Below, piece by piece: positions 42,274 to 52,585 of a stretch of DNA of 59,976 nucleotides. Position 1 is the stretch's first letter, and each line of letters begins with the position of its first letter. The DNA lies in the IMG/VR virus record IMGVR_UViG_3300032116_000208, positions 1 through 59,976 of that record; one strand, 5' to 3'. The notes below the pieces were generated by a model. That model was not told the origin of the DNA and ran no database searches. It worked only from the letters and a program-made list of their open reading frames with translations. The stretch comes from a virus. Its lineage: Duplodnaviria; Caudoviricetes. The position numbers and the translations under genes are program-made.

Positions 42274-43272
42274 ATGGCTGCAGTTTATCCCGTCCAATCG
42301 CCGTTCAATACGAACCCTTCGTACTCCGGCGCTTTCATCCCCACCCTGTGGTCCGGCAAATTGCTGGCCAAGTTCTACCAGAACACCATGCTGTCGGAAA
42401 TCGCTAACACCGATTACGAAGGCGAGTTGAAGAACCAAGGCGATACCATCCGTATCCGCTTGGCCCCTTCGATCAGCATCTCCGACTACACCGTTGGCCA
42501 GAACCTGTCGTACGAAGTCCCCACTCCTATCTTCCAAGATATGCAAGTGAACAAGGGCAAGTACTTCGGCGTGCAAGTCAACGACGTGCTGGCCTATCAG
42601 TCCGACATGAACTTGATGAACATGTTCACTGAAGACGCCGCCAAGCAGTTGAAGATCGCCATCGAAAACGAAGTGTTCTTCAACAACATGGTCACTGAAG
42701 GCCCTGCCGCTGCCAACGAAGGCGCTACCGCTGGTGCTATCTCTGCTGCCTACAACTTGGGCACAGACGTTACCCCCATCGACCAAGCCACTCCTGAGAA
42801 CGTCTTGAAGGCTATCCTGCGTATGTCTACAGTGTTGGACGAGCAGAACGTGCCTGAAGATGGTCGCTGGCTGGTTATCAGCCCCTTCGACCGTCATCTG
42901 CTGATGCAATCCAACATCGCTCAAGCCTACTTCACTGGCGACGCTCAGTCGACCATCCGTAGCGGCAAGATCGGTATGCTGGACCGCTTCACTGTGTACG
43001 TGTCCAACTTGCTGCCACGCGGCGCTGCTGGCAAGGCATTGGTTGCTGGTTTGACCGACCCCGCCACTGGCGGTGCTGTGTCTAGCGCTAAGGCTCGTCG
43101 TTTGATGGTTGCTGGTACAAAGGCTGCAATGTCTTTCGCCATGACCGTGAACAAGACTGAGCCTCTGCGTAACCAGACTGACTTCGGCGACATCGTCCGT
43201 GGTTTGGCTGTGTACGGTCGCAAGACTGTCAAGCCAGAAGCTCTGGTCGTTGCCCAAGTCGGCACAGCCTGA
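42274..43272 (+). CDS. Major capsid protein
   Basis: FIPTLWSGKL, NTDYEGE..GDTIRI, LDEQNVPEDGRW, FGDIVRGL.VYG.K..KPEAL; AGGAGG RBS; terminator follows. Confidence 0.92.
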   Translation: MAAVYPVQSPFNTNPSYSGAFIPTLWSGKLLAKFYQNTMLSEIANTDYEGELKNQGDTIRIRLAPSISISDYTVGQNLSYEVPTPIFQDMQVNKGKYFGVQVNDVLAYQSDMNLMNMFTEDAAKQLKIAIENEVFFNNMVTEGPAAANEGATAGAISAAYNLGTDVTPIDQATPENVLKAILRMSTVLDEQNVPEDGRWLVISPFDRHLLMQSNIAQAYFTGDAQSTIRSGKIGMLDRFTVYVSNLLPRGAAGKALVAGLTDPATGGAVSSAKARRLMVAGTKAAMSFAMTVNKTEPLRNQTDFGDIVRGLAVYGRKTVKPEALVVAQVGTA

Positions 43273-43278
43273 TGAACT

Positions 43279-43306
43279 GGGCCCCTCCGGGGGCCCTTTC
43301 TTTTTT
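43279..43306 (+). terminator. Terminator after the capsid gene
   Basis: GGGCCCC-TCCG-GGGGCCC-TTTCTTTTTT. Confidence 0.9.
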
Positions 43307-43324
43307 ACCCTTTTGGAGATTCTC

Positions 43325-43663
43325 ATGCCTAATACCACTTCCTTTCCCCGCAGCATTGGTGGCTACGAAGCCGTCACAGCTGGTACAACTCAAACTCAAG
43401 CCGGTGCTACCCAGCTCGCAGGCGCTATCAGCTTCGTCACAACTGGCAATGCCAGCGATGGCGTGCGTCTGCCTGCTGACTTGGCTCTCGGCGACGTTAT
43501 CTACGTCGTGAACAGCTCTGGTGTGGCTTTGAACGTGTACCCAAACACTGGTGGCAAGATCAACAACGGCTCTGCCAACGCTGCTAAAGCCTTGGCCGCT
43601 AACATGTCTGGTGCTTACATCAGCTTGGGCGGTGCTGACTGGGCCGCTGTTCTCAGCGCCTAA
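43325..43663 (+). CDS. Putative capsid decoration protein
   Basis: AGTTQTQAGAT.L, GVRLP, VYP..G..IN; GGAG RBS. Confidence 0.65.
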   Translation: MPNTTSFPRSIGGYEAVTAGTTQTQAGATQLAGAISFVTTGNASDGVRLPADLALGDVIYVVNSSGVALNVYPNTGGKINNGSANAAKALAANMSGAYISLGGADWAAVLSA

Positions 43664-43676
43664 TCGGTGGCACAAT

Positions 43677-43702
43677 AAAGGGGCTCTTCGGAGCCCCTTT
43701 TT
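43677..43702 (+). terminator. Terminator with cUUCGg loop
   Basis: AAAGGGGCTC-TTCG-GAGCCCCTTTTT. Confidence 0.9.
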
Positions 43703-43719
43703 ACATTTTGGAGCACACT

Positions 43720-43992
43720 ATGAACGTGATTGACCTGCTGGTTCGCCTCAACGGCGAAGTCTTGTCCAACAAAGCCCGAGCAGTAGTTGACGGCAAGATT
43801 GTCATCTTGGCCCGCATGAATGGCACTGAGTGGGAATACACACCGGAAGGCCAAGAGCTGGCCAACGCGCATTCCAACCAAGCTGTCGCCGAAGCCGAGG
43901 CAGAAGTAAAAACTACCCGCACACGCAAGCCAAAAGATGTACCAGCTGAGCCCGTTGCGGTAGAATCGGCTGATGTAGAGCCTGAACTGTGA
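43720..43992 (+). CDS. Hypothetical protein
   Basis: GGAG RBS; TPEGQELA. Confidence 0.7.
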   Translation: MNVIDLLVRLNGEVLSNKARAVVDGKIVILARMNGTEWEYTPEGQELANAHSNQAVAEAEAEVKTTRTRKPKDVPAEPVAVESADVEPEL

Positions 43993-44000
43993 GGTAGACC

Positions 44001-44678
44001 ATGGCCACCGCAAAAGTTGTAGACCTTATCTCTCGGGCGCAAACTCTGCTCCAAGATACCACATCTGTCCGGTGGCCTGTTTTGGAGCTGCAAAGCTGGC
44101 TCAACGACAGCTACCGTGAAGCCGTTAACATCCGACCTGACGCCAACACTGCGACTGGCGAATTTACCTGTGTAGCAGGAGCACGACAAGTTGTAACCAC
44201 GACGTTTGCTTCAGCACTTCGCGTGGTTGAAGTTGTGCGCAACACGGCTGCATCCTCTGCAAGAGGCGCAGTTCGTTTGGTTAACCGCCGCATGCTCGAC
44301 GACCAGCGCCGCAACTGGTACGCAGAGACTCAGACTGTGGACATTCAGCACTACATGTTTGACCCACGTCTGCCCAAAGAATTTCTGGTGTACCCGCCAG
44401 CTACGACTGCGGCTCGCCTTGAGGTGATTTACTCATCGGTGCCACTGGCGCACACGCTAACCGAAGCTCAGTTGCTTAACACTGCCACAGCCGAAGTCAT
44501 CCGCATTGACGACAGCTACTTCAACGCCCTGCTGGATTATGTGCTCTACCGCGCATACAGTAAGGACGCAGAATATGCAGCCAACGCGCAGCGTGCTGTG
44601 GCGCACTACCAAGCCTTCCAGACCGCTTTGGGCGCATCCGCTCAGGCTAACGCTGCATCGCAGCCGGGAGTTGCGTAA
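44001..44678 (+). CDS. Head-tail adaptor (DUF6682-like)
   Basis: LLQD...RW...EL..WLND, RPDA, F.VYPP, YRAYSKDAEYA. Confidence 0.75.
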   Translation: MATAKVVDLISRAQTLLQDTTSVRWPVLELQSWLNDSYREAVNIRPDANTATGEFTCVAGARQVVTTTFASALRVVEVVRNTAASSARGAVRLVNRRMLDDQRRNWYAETQTVDIQHYMFDPRLPKEFLVYPPATTAARLEVIYSSVPLAHTLTEAQLLNTATAEVIRIDDSYFNALLDYVLYRAYSKDAEYAANAQRAVAHYQAFQTALGASAQANAASQPGVA

Positions 44679-45289
44679 TGGCAAAATTGTGGGCCGACTT
44701 TCTACCACTGCTGGCCCCGCATTTGCCCGGGTGCCCAGACCCCAGCTTGAAGTTGTATCTGGCCTCTACAGCTTCTGATTTCTTCGCCCGCACGTACCTG
44801 TGGCGCGAGCAGATTAGCGGTATCACCGTTGTAGCTGGCACGGTCGACTACGACCTCGACCCGGATACAGGCCTTGTGGAGAACGTCATCTCTGTGGTGT
44901 ATGGAGAAGCGACTCTCACACGCACTGACCTGCGCTTGATTGGCGCTGAGAAACTGTCCGAGGTTGGCGAGCCACGTGAGTTCTGGGTTCAGGCCGACAA
45001 CAGCATCCGCATCTTCCCAATACCGGAGGAGCGCACCACGCTCAAGGTCTATGCTGTGCTCAAACCTAACCGCAACGGAACAGGTGTCGAGGACTGGATT
45101 TATGAGACATTCGCTGACACGATCGTGAGCGGAGCCATTGCGCAACTCGCCATGATCCCCGGCAAAGAATGGTCTGATGTGGCTCTGGCTGGTATGCACA
45201 AGGGCTTGTATGAGCGGGCCATTACCAACGCCCGCATTCGTGATTTTCGTGGCGTCCACATGATGGTGCGTCAACGCCCAGCGGCATAA
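44678..45289 (+). CDS. Head-tail adaptor / tail protein
   Basis: PGCP, F..RT.LWR, GAIA.L..IPGK.WS. Confidence 0.7.
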   Translation: MAKLWADFLPLLAPHLPGCPDPSLKLYLASTASDFFARTYLWREQISGITVVAGTVDYDLDPDTGLVENVISVVYGEATLTRTDLRLIGAEKLSEVGEPREFWVQADNSIRIFPIPEERTTLKVYAVLKPNRNGTGVEDWIYETFADTIVSGAIAQLAMIPGKEWSDVALAGMHKGLYERAITNARIRDFRGVHMMVRQRPAA

Positions 45290-45298
45290 GGAGCTCAC

Positions 45299-45631
45299 AT
45301 GGCCGAAAAAATTCGACTGGTTCAGGGCGACACCGCCCCAGCGCTCACGGTGACACTGACAGATACCATAACTAACACCGCTATCAACATCACTGGTGCT
45401 ACTGTGCGCTTGAAGTTTAGGGCTGTGGGCGCTGAAACGCTGCGCGGTACTTTGACTGGTACTGTGACCAACGGCGCAGGCGGTGTGGTGGTGTTTTTCT
45501 GGTCTAACGAGCCGACGATTCTCGACGGCGACCCCGGGGACTATGAGGGCGAGATTGAGATCACGTTCGCAGACACTACGATCCAGACTGTTTACGACTT
45601 GCTGAAGTTCAAGCTCCGTCAGGACTTCTGA
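45299..45631 (+). CDS. BppU N-terminal-like Ig-fold tail protein
   Basis: LVQGDT.P.L, ITGATV, G.YEGEIEITF. Confidence 0.7.
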   Translation: MAEKIRLVQGDTAPALTVTLTDTITNTAINITGATVRLKFRAVGAETLRGTLTGTVTNGAGGVVVFFWSNEPTILDGDPGDYEGEIEITFADTTIQTVYDLLKFKLRQDF

Positions 45632-46596
45632 TGACCAAGGCTACCGTCAGCACTGTCCAACTGGGTGCTGACCTCGGCGTTGTTACGCCTGTAGCTGAGG
45701 CTAGTGCGGTAAAGATAGGGGCGGAAGTAGCCGCAGTGTCTCCACTTGCGACGGCAAGTTATGTAGCCGCTGCTGCCACACCAAGTTTTGTAAACGCTGG
45801 GTTTACCGTTACGTACGTGGCAGCAGCCGCAATAGCTGTGCTTGATGAGCGCGGGCTAAACAAACGGTTTAGGGACACTACAACTGCTGTTGACGCAGCT
45901 GTATGGGTTTTTGGCAAATCTGTGGTTGACTCCATAGCCGCTTCTGACGCAGTGCGGAGAGTGATAACAAAACGTCTGGCTGACACGATCTCTGTCCCAG
46001 ACGTCATCAACATCGTCAAAATTGCCATACGCACGTTTACTGAGACTGTGACCATATCAGAAGCTGTGGCACTGACGCCGGAAAAGCTGCTTCAAGAGAC
46101 CGTAGCCACAAGTGACACTGTAGGCAGGACGGTGGCCAAACTTCTAGCCGATGCGTTTGCTCTGAACGACGGCACGAGTGTAGGCGACGGCAGCACTTAC
46201 ACGTTTGACAAGTACATCAACAACATCGCCTCAATCGCCGACGCTCAGTTCTTCGATGTGGCCACGGTTCTTGTGGACTCACTGGGTGTCCCGGACGATC
46301 AGGCGATTGAAGTAGCCAAGGCGCTAGCTGACGCGTTTAGTATGTCTTCGGCAACTAGGGCTAGCTTTAGCAAGGCACTTGCGGATACACTAACGGCTGC
46401 GGATGTTACGGCTGTAGCGTTCACAAAAATTCTGTCTGACACGGCGGGTACAGCGGATTCAGCGGTACGGTCTACCACCAAAGCAGTCGCAGATTCGTTT
46501 GGTTTTACGGAGTCTGGTTCAGTTATCTCCCAAGGGTACTGTGACTTGACATATTTTGAAGCAGACTACGTCGGTGAGTACCGCACGTTCGCATAG
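45631..46596 (+). CDS. Repetitive tail-associated structural protein
   Basis: Degenerate K.L.D.....D repeats of about 19 aa; ends YFEADYVG. Confidence 0.65.
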   Translation: MTKATVSTVQLGADLGVVTPVAEASAVKIGAEVAAVSPLATASYVAAAATPSFVNAGFTVTYVAAAAIAVLDERGLNKRFRDTTTAVDAAVWVFGKSVVDSIAASDAVRRVITKRLADTISVPDVINIVKIAIRTFTETVTISEAVALTPEKLLQETVATSDTVGRTVAKLLADAFALNDGTSVGDGSTYTFDKYINNIASIADAQFFDVATVLVDSLGVPDDQAIEVAKALADAFSMSSATRASFSKALADTLTAADVTAVAFTKILSDTAGTADSAVRSTTKAVADSFGFTESGSVISQGYCDLTYFEADYVGEYRTFA

Positions 46597-46605
46597 GAGA
46601 ATGAG

Positions 46606-47043
46606 ATGATTCAAGAAACAGTCAAAGCCACAGGTAAGCTAAACATCAAGTTGTTTGGTCCTGATGGCCAACTCAAGAGCGAAAAGACTGTCCCTAACTT
46701 AGTTGTTACGGCGGGAAAGGGTTACATCGCTGCACGCATGGTTGGCACCCCCACAGCTATGAGTCACATGGCCATCGGCTCCGGCACAAATGACCCTGCT
46801 CCCGGCGACAATGTACTGGGCACCGAACTTGGACGACAAGGTCTTACTTCCAGCGGCGTTTCCGGTGCTGTGGTGACTTACGTAGCTTCTTTTGGGCAAG
46901 GTGTCGGCACTGGCGCTGTGACTGAGGCTGGCATTTTTAACGCATCTTCAGGAGGAACATTGTTGTGCCGTACTGAGTTTGCCGTGGTCAACAAAGGTGC
47001 AGATGACTCTTTGAGCATTACTTGGACAATCACAGTAAGCTAA
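46606..47043 (+). CDS. Tail fibre collar-like protein
   Basis: NLVVT.G, HMAIGSG, L..E..R, TEAGIFNA..G.LL.R. Confidence 0.75.
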   Translation: MIQETVKATGKLNIKLFGPDGQLKSEKTVPNLVVTAGKGYIAARMVGTPTAMSHMAIGSGTNDPAPGDNVLGTELGRQGLTSSGVSGAVVTYVASFGQGVGTGAVTEAGIFNASSGGTLLCRTEFAVVNKGADDSLSITWTITVS

Positions 47044-47079
47044 TTTGTTCCCGCCGTTAGTAGAACAGGAAGGTAGATC

Positions 47080-48993
47080 ATGAGCACCATCGTATTGCGC
47101 AGTGTCAAGGGCTCACCCTTGACCAACACCGAGGTCGACACAAACTTTAGCAATCTGAATACGGATAAAGTTGAGAAGACCGCAGCTGCTATTACCGGTG
47201 GAACGATCAACGGCACTTCTGTTGGTGCAACCACTGCAAGCACAGGTGCGTTTACATCGTTGACAGCAACCAGTGGCGTTGTCTCTGCAAACTCATCTAC
47301 TGACGCTCTGCGGATCACGCAAATAGGTGCAGGCAATGCGCTGGTGGTGGAGGACTCTACCAATCCCGATTCAACACCGTTTTTGGTGGACACAAACGGG
47401 CGTGTAGTTTTTGGAAACACAGTTTCAATTAACTTCCCCGACACTCAAGGCACACAGCGAACAATTGCAACAGAGGTATTGGGAAATACTTACGCAAACT
47501 CTTCCTCGGGAATTGCTTCTTTTATAAATTCCTCAAACAGCGGTGCAGCTTTGACGCTGGCCCAATCGCGTAATACAACTGTTGGAAGCCACACTATTGT
47601 CAATTCAAACGATGCGGTTGGAGCAATACAGTTTGCGGGTTCGGACGGAACGGCGTTTATTCGTGCTGCAAGGATTGAGGCAGAAGTAGACGGCACACCC
47701 GGCACAAATGATATGCCCGGTCGCTTGTTGTTCAGCACGACCGCTGATGGGGCTAGTACGCCTACTGAGCGTGTACGCATCACCAGTGCAGGCAAGACAG
47801 GCTTTGCTACATCGGCCCCAGCAGCAACAGTCCATGTAGCTGGTGACACCATTCTGAGCAACGTCAACGTGATTGGTGCAAGTTACGACAGCGTGTTTTT
47901 CTCTGTTGCGGGGGAGGAGCTTACCGCTCACTCTATATTTTTTAGCCCTGACGGGTTAAAGATGTATGTGTCTGGTACGACAGGGGACGATGTCAACGAA
48001 TACAACTTGTCAACGGCTTGGGTGGTTTCTTCTGCGGTGTATTCCACTACGTTTTCTGTTTCTCAAGACGGAACTCCACAAGGTTTGTATTTCCGTGCTG
48101 ACGGATTAAAAATGTACGTTGTTGGCGCAACAAACGACAGCGTTTTTCAATACACACTGAGCACTCCTTGGTCTGTTGCAACAGCGTCCTACGACAGCAT
48201 TTCTTTTTCCGTTGCAGGACAAGAAACAACTCCCACTGGAATTTTCTTTAAGCCTAACGGCCTGTCTATGTATGTGACTGGTTCAACTGGCGACTCTGTT
48301 TACCAATACACACTGTCAACCGCTTGGAACGTATCAACCGCAACATTCTTACAATCTTTTTCAGTGTCGGGCCAAGAACTTACATCCGCTGACCTATCGT
48401 TTACTGGTGACGGTTCTCGGATGTTTGTTTTGGGTACAACAGGTGATGACGTTAACGTCTACAACCTGACAACACCTTGGGACGTCAGCACCGCAGCTTT
48501 TGTCAACTCTTTCAGTGTTTCTGGTCAAGACACAAGCCCTGTTGGTATTTACATCAAGCCTGACGGCACAAAGATGTACATGGTTGGCTCAACCAACGAT
48601 GCCGTCTACCAGTACACAGTACCAAGCATTGACATCCAACTGACAGGCCCAACCTCTGTTGCGGCTTTAGACGTACAGCAAGACCTGAATGTCTACGGCA
48701 GCACCACAGGCTTTTTCCGAAATAATGGTTTTAGAGAAAACATTGGCGGGCAATATTTCAACTTGGTTAGCCAGGCAGACATTGGTACAGCACCTAATGA
48801 GGTTCCACTAAACCAGTATTTGGGTGATATGGCCTACATGAACTCCGAGTCGGTGGTCATTCAGCCACAAGCATCGGTCACTCCTAACGGCATTGGTGAC
48901 ATGGTGTTTGAATTAACATCCAATACATCATTGCTTATTAAAGTCAAAGGCTCTGACGGCACTGTACGCTCTGTAACACTGACACTCGCATAA
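47080..48993 (+). CDS. Tail fibre with beta-propeller-type repeats
   Basis: LR..KGSPLT..E.D.NF anchor; five ~49-aa repeats SV.GQ...P.G..F.PDG.KMYV.G...D.V.QY.L.T.W.VSTA. Confidence 0.8.
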   Translation: MSTIVLRSVKGSPLTNTEVDTNFSNLNTDKVEKTAAAITGGTINGTSVGATTASTGAFTSLTATSGVVSANSSTDALRITQIGAGNALVVEDSTNPDSTPFLVDTNGRVVFGNTVSINFPDTQGTQRTIATEVLGNTYANSSSGIASFINSSNSGAALTLAQSRNTTVGSHTIVNSNDAVGAIQFAGSDGTAFIRAARIEAEVDGTPGTNDMPGRLLFSTTADGASTPTERVRITSAGKTGFATSAPAATVHVAGDTILSNVNVIGASYDSVFFSVAGEELTAHSIFFSPDGLKMYVSGTTGDDVNEYNLSTAWVVSSAVYSTTFSVSQDGTPQGLYFRADGLKMYVVGATNDSVFQYTLSTPWSVATASYDSISFSVAGQETTPTGIFFKPNGLSMYVTGSTGDSVYQYTLSTAWNVSTATFLQSFSVSGQELTSADLSFTGDGSRMFVLGTTGDDVNVYNLTTPWDVSTAAFVNSFSVSGQDTSPVGIYIKPDGTKMYMVGSTNDAVYQYTVPSIDIQLTGPTSVAALDVQQDLNVYGSTTGFFRNNGFRENIGGQYFNLVSQADIGTAPNEVPLNQYLGDMAYMNSESVVIQPQASVTPNGIGDMVFELTSNTSLLIKVKGSDGTVRSVTLTLA

Positions 48994-49002
48994 GGACACA
49001 AC

Positions 49003-50853
49003 ATGAGCATCCAATCCAATTTCCCCGCGATTTCTCCATCACTGCTGCTTGATTTTGCAAACGTCCAGCAACTCGATCCCCGCATCACATTTACCAGAGC
49101 CAGCACAGCCACCTATTACGGTACGCAAACTGCCAAGGCCGAGGAAAATTTGCTGTTGCAGAGCCAAGACATCACTACGAGTTGGTCAACAGAAGGTGTT
49201 ACCAGAACAGCAGACACAAACACAGCGCCAGATGGAACTGCAACTGCTGACACACTTACTGAGACTACAACAACTTCAGCACACCGAATTGACCAAGCCG
49301 TATCAACGTCTGGAACTTTGACATTAAGCGTATTTGCAAAACTTGGTTCTGGAACTCGATTTCTAACGATAGGAGTTAGTCGGGACTTAACACACAACAG
49401 TTCAGCAACTTTTGATTTGTCTCTTGGTACAAATACACAAACGCAAGTCAACGGCGGCATTTACTCATCATTGTCTGCAACCATTACAGCAGTCGCGCAA
49501 GGGTTTTATCGTTGCACACTTACAGTTACAACAGATACAGCAACTTTAGTCAGGGTTGGTCTAAACAACACAGGAACTCCGACTACAGGAAACCGTGGTT
49601 TTGGCGTAAGTTACGCTGGTGATAACACATCAAGCCTCATCCTCTGGGGCGCACAGCTTGAACTCCGCTCCACCGTCACCGCCTACACCCCCACAACTAC
49701 ACAGATCATCACCAACTACATCCCTCAGATGCTTACAGCCGCATCAGGCGTGGCACGGTTCGACCATAACCCCACCACGTTTGAGAGCTTGGGGCTGGAG
49801 ATTGAGGAGAGTCGGACGAATCTGATAATTTACTCTGAGCAGTTCCAGACCAATTGGACAAACGAACGCTCATCGGAGCAGGTCGATGTAATTGTTTCAC
49901 CTGCTGGCACATTAACTGGCGACAAACTTGTTGAAGACACAACCGCTACCAACTCGCACCTAATATTTCAAGGTTTATCTGGTTTGGTATCTGGGTCAAC
50001 GCTTACATTTAGTGTGTATATAAAAGCAGCCGAGCGAACTTCGGTGCGGCTTCAGATCAATGATGGGGGTTCTACAGCAAACGCTGTATTGGCAAACTTT
50101 GATGCTTCTACTGGAGTTGCTTCGGCCACCCAAAGTACTGGAACATTTACGGGCGCAAGTTCAACAATCACCCCCGTTGGGAACGGATGGTATAGGTGCT
50201 CTATCAGTGGTGTTGCTACGGGAGTCACAGCGGTGCAGTGCCGTATTTTCCTGCTTAGTGGTGGCAGCAGCTCCTACACAGGCGATGGCTACTCCGGCCT
50301 TTACATCTGGGGCGCTCAACTGGAAGTCGGAGCCTTTGCCACCAGCTACATCCCTACAGTAGCAAGCCAAGTCACTCGTGCGGCTGATGCTGCAAGCATG
50401 ACAGGGACGAACTTCAGCAGTTGGTATAACCAAACGCAGGGTACGTTTTACGCTCAATTCAGGCCACTGGCTGCAGATTTTGGCGGCAACAGAAATATGT
50501 TTTTGGCAACTGATGGAACCGCAAACAATTTTGTTGGTTTGCGTTACGCTTCAACTGGAACACAAGCAGCACTAGCCGCCACCACACTTGGCGTGTCTCA
50601 GGCCAACATAGCAACAGGAACAATGATTGCTGGAACCAGTTACAAAATTGCTGGCGCTTACAGATTCAATGATTTTGCAGCAAGTAGGGATTTAGGCGTA
50701 GTTGGAACAGACGCCAGCGGGACTTTACCTGCTGTCACGCAAGCGGAAATTGGTATTTTGGGAGGCGTTTCTATTGGCTCTCAACATATTGCAAAACTAG
50801 CCTACTACCCACTGCGAGTAACCAACGCTCAACTGCAAGCATTGACAAGCTAA
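49003..50853 (+). CDS. Fibre/spike protein with two carbohydrate-binding-like domains
   Basis: FTRASTAT, twice NL..S..WGAQLE, GL.IEESRTN, TSYIPT..VTRAAD. Confidence 0.8.
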   Translation: MSIQSNFPAISPSLLLDFANVQQLDPRITFTRASTATYYGTQTAKAEENLLLQSQDITTSWSTEGVTRTADTNTAPDGTATADTLTETTTTSAHRIDQAVSTSGTLTLSVFAKLGSGTRFLTIGVSRDLTHNSSATFDLSLGTNTQTQVNGGIYSSLSATITAVAQGFYRCTLTVTTDTATLVRVGLNNTGTPTTGNRGFGVSYAGDNTSSLILWGAQLELRSTVTAYTPTTTQIITNYIPQMLTAASGVARFDHNPTTFESLGLEIEESRTNLIIYSEQFQTNWTNERSSEQVDVIVSPAGTLTGDKLVEDTTATNSHLIFQGLSGLVSGSTLTFSVYIKAAERTSVRLQINDGGSTANAVLANFDASTGVASATQSTGTFTGASSTITPVGNGWYRCSISGVATGVTAVQCRIFLLSGGSSSYTGDGYSGLYIWGAQLEVGAFATSYIPTVASQVTRAADAASMTGTNFSSWYNQTQGTFYAQFRPLAADFGGNRNMFLATDGTANNFVGLRYASTGTQAALAATTLGVSQANIATGTMIAGTSYKIAGAYRFNDFAASRDLGVVGTDASGTLPAVTQAEIGILGGVSIGSQHIAKLAYYPLRVTNAQLQALTS

Positions 50854-50862
50854 GGAACAAAC

Positions 50863-51162
50863 ATGGACTTGTATCTCAAATTCACAGACGAAGCAGCAGC
50901 CACTGCTGTCCTCTACACCCAAGAGCCAACAGCATGGGACGAGGAAGGCAACGTCACTGCCAGTGAGCCAAGACAGGCTTACGCCAACATAAGCACCATT
51001 GGCATCATCTACAAGCCCACAGGCGAGACAGATGCTGAAGGCAATCCTGTAATGGCCGCATTAGATGGTTGGCACGTTAACGTCCGTGTGGTTGATGAAG
51101 ACCCGACACCCCTTGAGCAATACGCTGTGACACCCGCTGTGCCTGTGCGCGTGTGGGGTTAA
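50863..51162 (+). CDS. Fibre-associated small protein
   Basis: DLYLKF.DE, IG.IY.PTG, GWHVNVR, P.RVWG. Confidence 0.75.
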   Translation: MDLYLKFTDEAAATAVLYTQEPTAWDEEGNVTASEPRQAYANISTIGIIYKPTGETDAEGNPVMAALDGWHVNVRVVDEDPTPLEQYAVTPAVPVRVWG

Positions 51163-51176
51163 CTTTGGAGCAGTAG

Positions 51177-51383
51177 ATGAGCGAACAAATCGACGCAACG
51201 GAGGCCAGATTGACTACCCACGAACAGGTGTGTGCCCACCGTTACGAAGGCATCCAGAAAAGTTTTGAGTCAGGCTCCAAACGTATGGCTAAGATTGAAT
51301 ATCTGCTGTACGCCGTAATTGCTGCTGTTTTACTTGGCCCCGGTGTTGCAGCCGAGGTGGTCAAGAAAGTCTTTGGACTCTGA
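51177..51383 (+). CDS. Holin-like membrane protein (XhlA-like)
   Basis: HE.VC..RY coiled coil + C-terminal TM. Confidence 0.65.
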   Translation: MSEQIDATEARLTTHEQVCAHRYEGIQKSFESGSKRMAKIEYLLYAVIAAVLLGPGVAAEVVKKVFGL

Positions 51384-51385
51384 GC

Positions 51386-51478
51386 ATGAAAGACTGGGCT
51401 GTTAGCTTTATTGCTGCGGTCCTCCTAGTTGGGCTGGTCATTTGGTGCGCCAGAGTTTTCATCGTAGTGCTGTCATGA
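51386..51478 (+). CDS. 30-aa TM peptide
   Basis: MKDWAVSFIAAVLLVGLVIWCARVFIVVLS. Confidence 0.55.
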   Translation: MKDWAVSFIAAVLLVGLVIWCARVFIVVLS

Positions 51479-51558
51479 AGGTTAAAATTGCCATCGGCAT
51501 AGTTGCTGTGTGGTGGCTCCTACAAGCCGCCTTATTTGTTGTCAGGGGGCTTCAATGA
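51475..51558 (+). CDS. 27-aa TM peptide
   Basis: MKVKIAIGIVAVWWLLQAALFVVRGLQ; ATGA overlaps at both ends. Confidence 0.55.
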   Translation: MKVKIAIGIVAVWWLLQAALFVVRGLQ

Positions 51559-52043
51559 TTGATCCGATAAGCGCTATGGCCGCAGTGAGCGCAGCGGTAA
51601 ACATGATTAAGAAAGCGTCGGCTACGGTCGATGATGTGTCTAGTCTTGGGCCGCTGATCGGCAAGTACTTTGATGCCAAGCACACGGCTACCAAAGCCGC
51701 CAGAGAGGCCAAGCAGTCTGGTGGCTCCAACATGGGCAAGGCCATTGAGATTGAGCTGGCTCTGAAAGCTCAGAGGGACTTTGAGGAACAACTCAAGGGC
51801 ATGTTCTTTTCCACCAACAACATGGACGTTTGGAACTCCATCCAGCAGCGTGTGATGGAGATGAACAAAGAAGATGTGGCCGAGCAAAGGCGCGAAGCTG
51901 CGCGTGCGCTCAACGCATCCAAGAGGCGTAAAGAGGTGATCGAATTGACCATTGCCATCACATTGGTTTCGGTCATTGCAATCATCATTTTCTGGGGTGT
52001 CCTTGAATTTATCTTCTACTGCTCTGACTACGGATGCGGTTGA
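51555..52043 (+). CDS. Coiled-coil protein with C-terminal TM
   Basis: Start MIDPISAMA; hydrophobic C-terminus. Confidence 0.75.
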   Translation: MIDPISAMAAVSAAVNMIKKASATVDDVSSLGPLIGKYFDAKHTATKAAREAKQSGGSNMGKAIEIELALKAQRDFEEQLKGMFFSTNNMDVWNSIQQRVMEMNKEDVAEQRREAARALNASKRRKEVIELTIAITLVSVIAIIIFWGVLEFIFYCSDYGCG

Positions 52044-52044
52044 T

Positions 52045-52203
52045 GTGGACAAGTGGAAAGAAGTCAAGGACGGTTTTGACAAGTGGCTCAAAATCAACTG
52101 CTATCTTGCCTTCGTTTGGGTGGGGTTCAAGGTACTTGTGCTCTTGCCCCCAGACATTGCCGACCGCGTCATTGAAGCACTTTTGGGAAAGCTAGGCATA
52201 TGA
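52045..52203 (+). CDS. Small membrane protein
   Basis: GTG start; one TM. Confidence 0.55.
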   Translation: MDKWKEVKDGFDKWLKINCYLAFVWVGFKVLVLLPPDIADRVIEALLGKLGI

Positions 52204-52373
52204 AAGCTGAGATGCACCAAAGACACCTGCAAAACCTGCAAGAGCGTTTTAGGCTGAACCACGAGCAAAACTTGAAACAGTTGCAGTCAGATACGCGGCA
52301 AACGAAAGAGCATAACGCCAAGCTAATCGAGGCGGCTAAGCCTCAACAACACATGGTGGATGTACGCGCATGA
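52200..52373 (+). CDS. 57-aa Gln/His-rich protein
   Basis: ATGA overlaps at both ends; ends VDVRA. Confidence 0.6.
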   Translation: MKAEMHQRHLQNLQERFRLNHEQNLKQLQSDTRQTKEHNAKLIEAAKPQQHMVDVRA

Positions 52374-52585
52374 AATACTTTTTGCTGGCTACTTTAATTT
52401 TGCTTGCTGGTTGCGAAGACCGATACCGGTATCCGTGCCAGAATCCTGACAACTTCCACAAGCCTGACTGCCAAAAGCCAAAATGCCTGTTCACGCAGCA
52501 GTGCCCTGAGTATTTAGTGGCCCCTATCTTGGAGAAGCAAATTGACCAAACTAGACAACCTACTGACACCAAAGCTGACCGCTGA
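52370..52585 (+). CDS. Cys-rich lipoprotein
   Basis: Lipobox LAGC; DRYRYPCQNP..C..P.C....CP. Confidence 0.8.
   Translation: MKYFLLATLILLAGCEDRYRYPCQNPDNFHKPDCQKPKCLFTQQCPEYLVAPILEKQIDQTRQPTDTKADR

Noticed and set aside
43199-43324. Frameshift extension of the capsid protein into the next ORF
   Set aside because: A strong terminator intervenes, no clear slippery site, and the downstream gene has its own SD and ATG at 43325.
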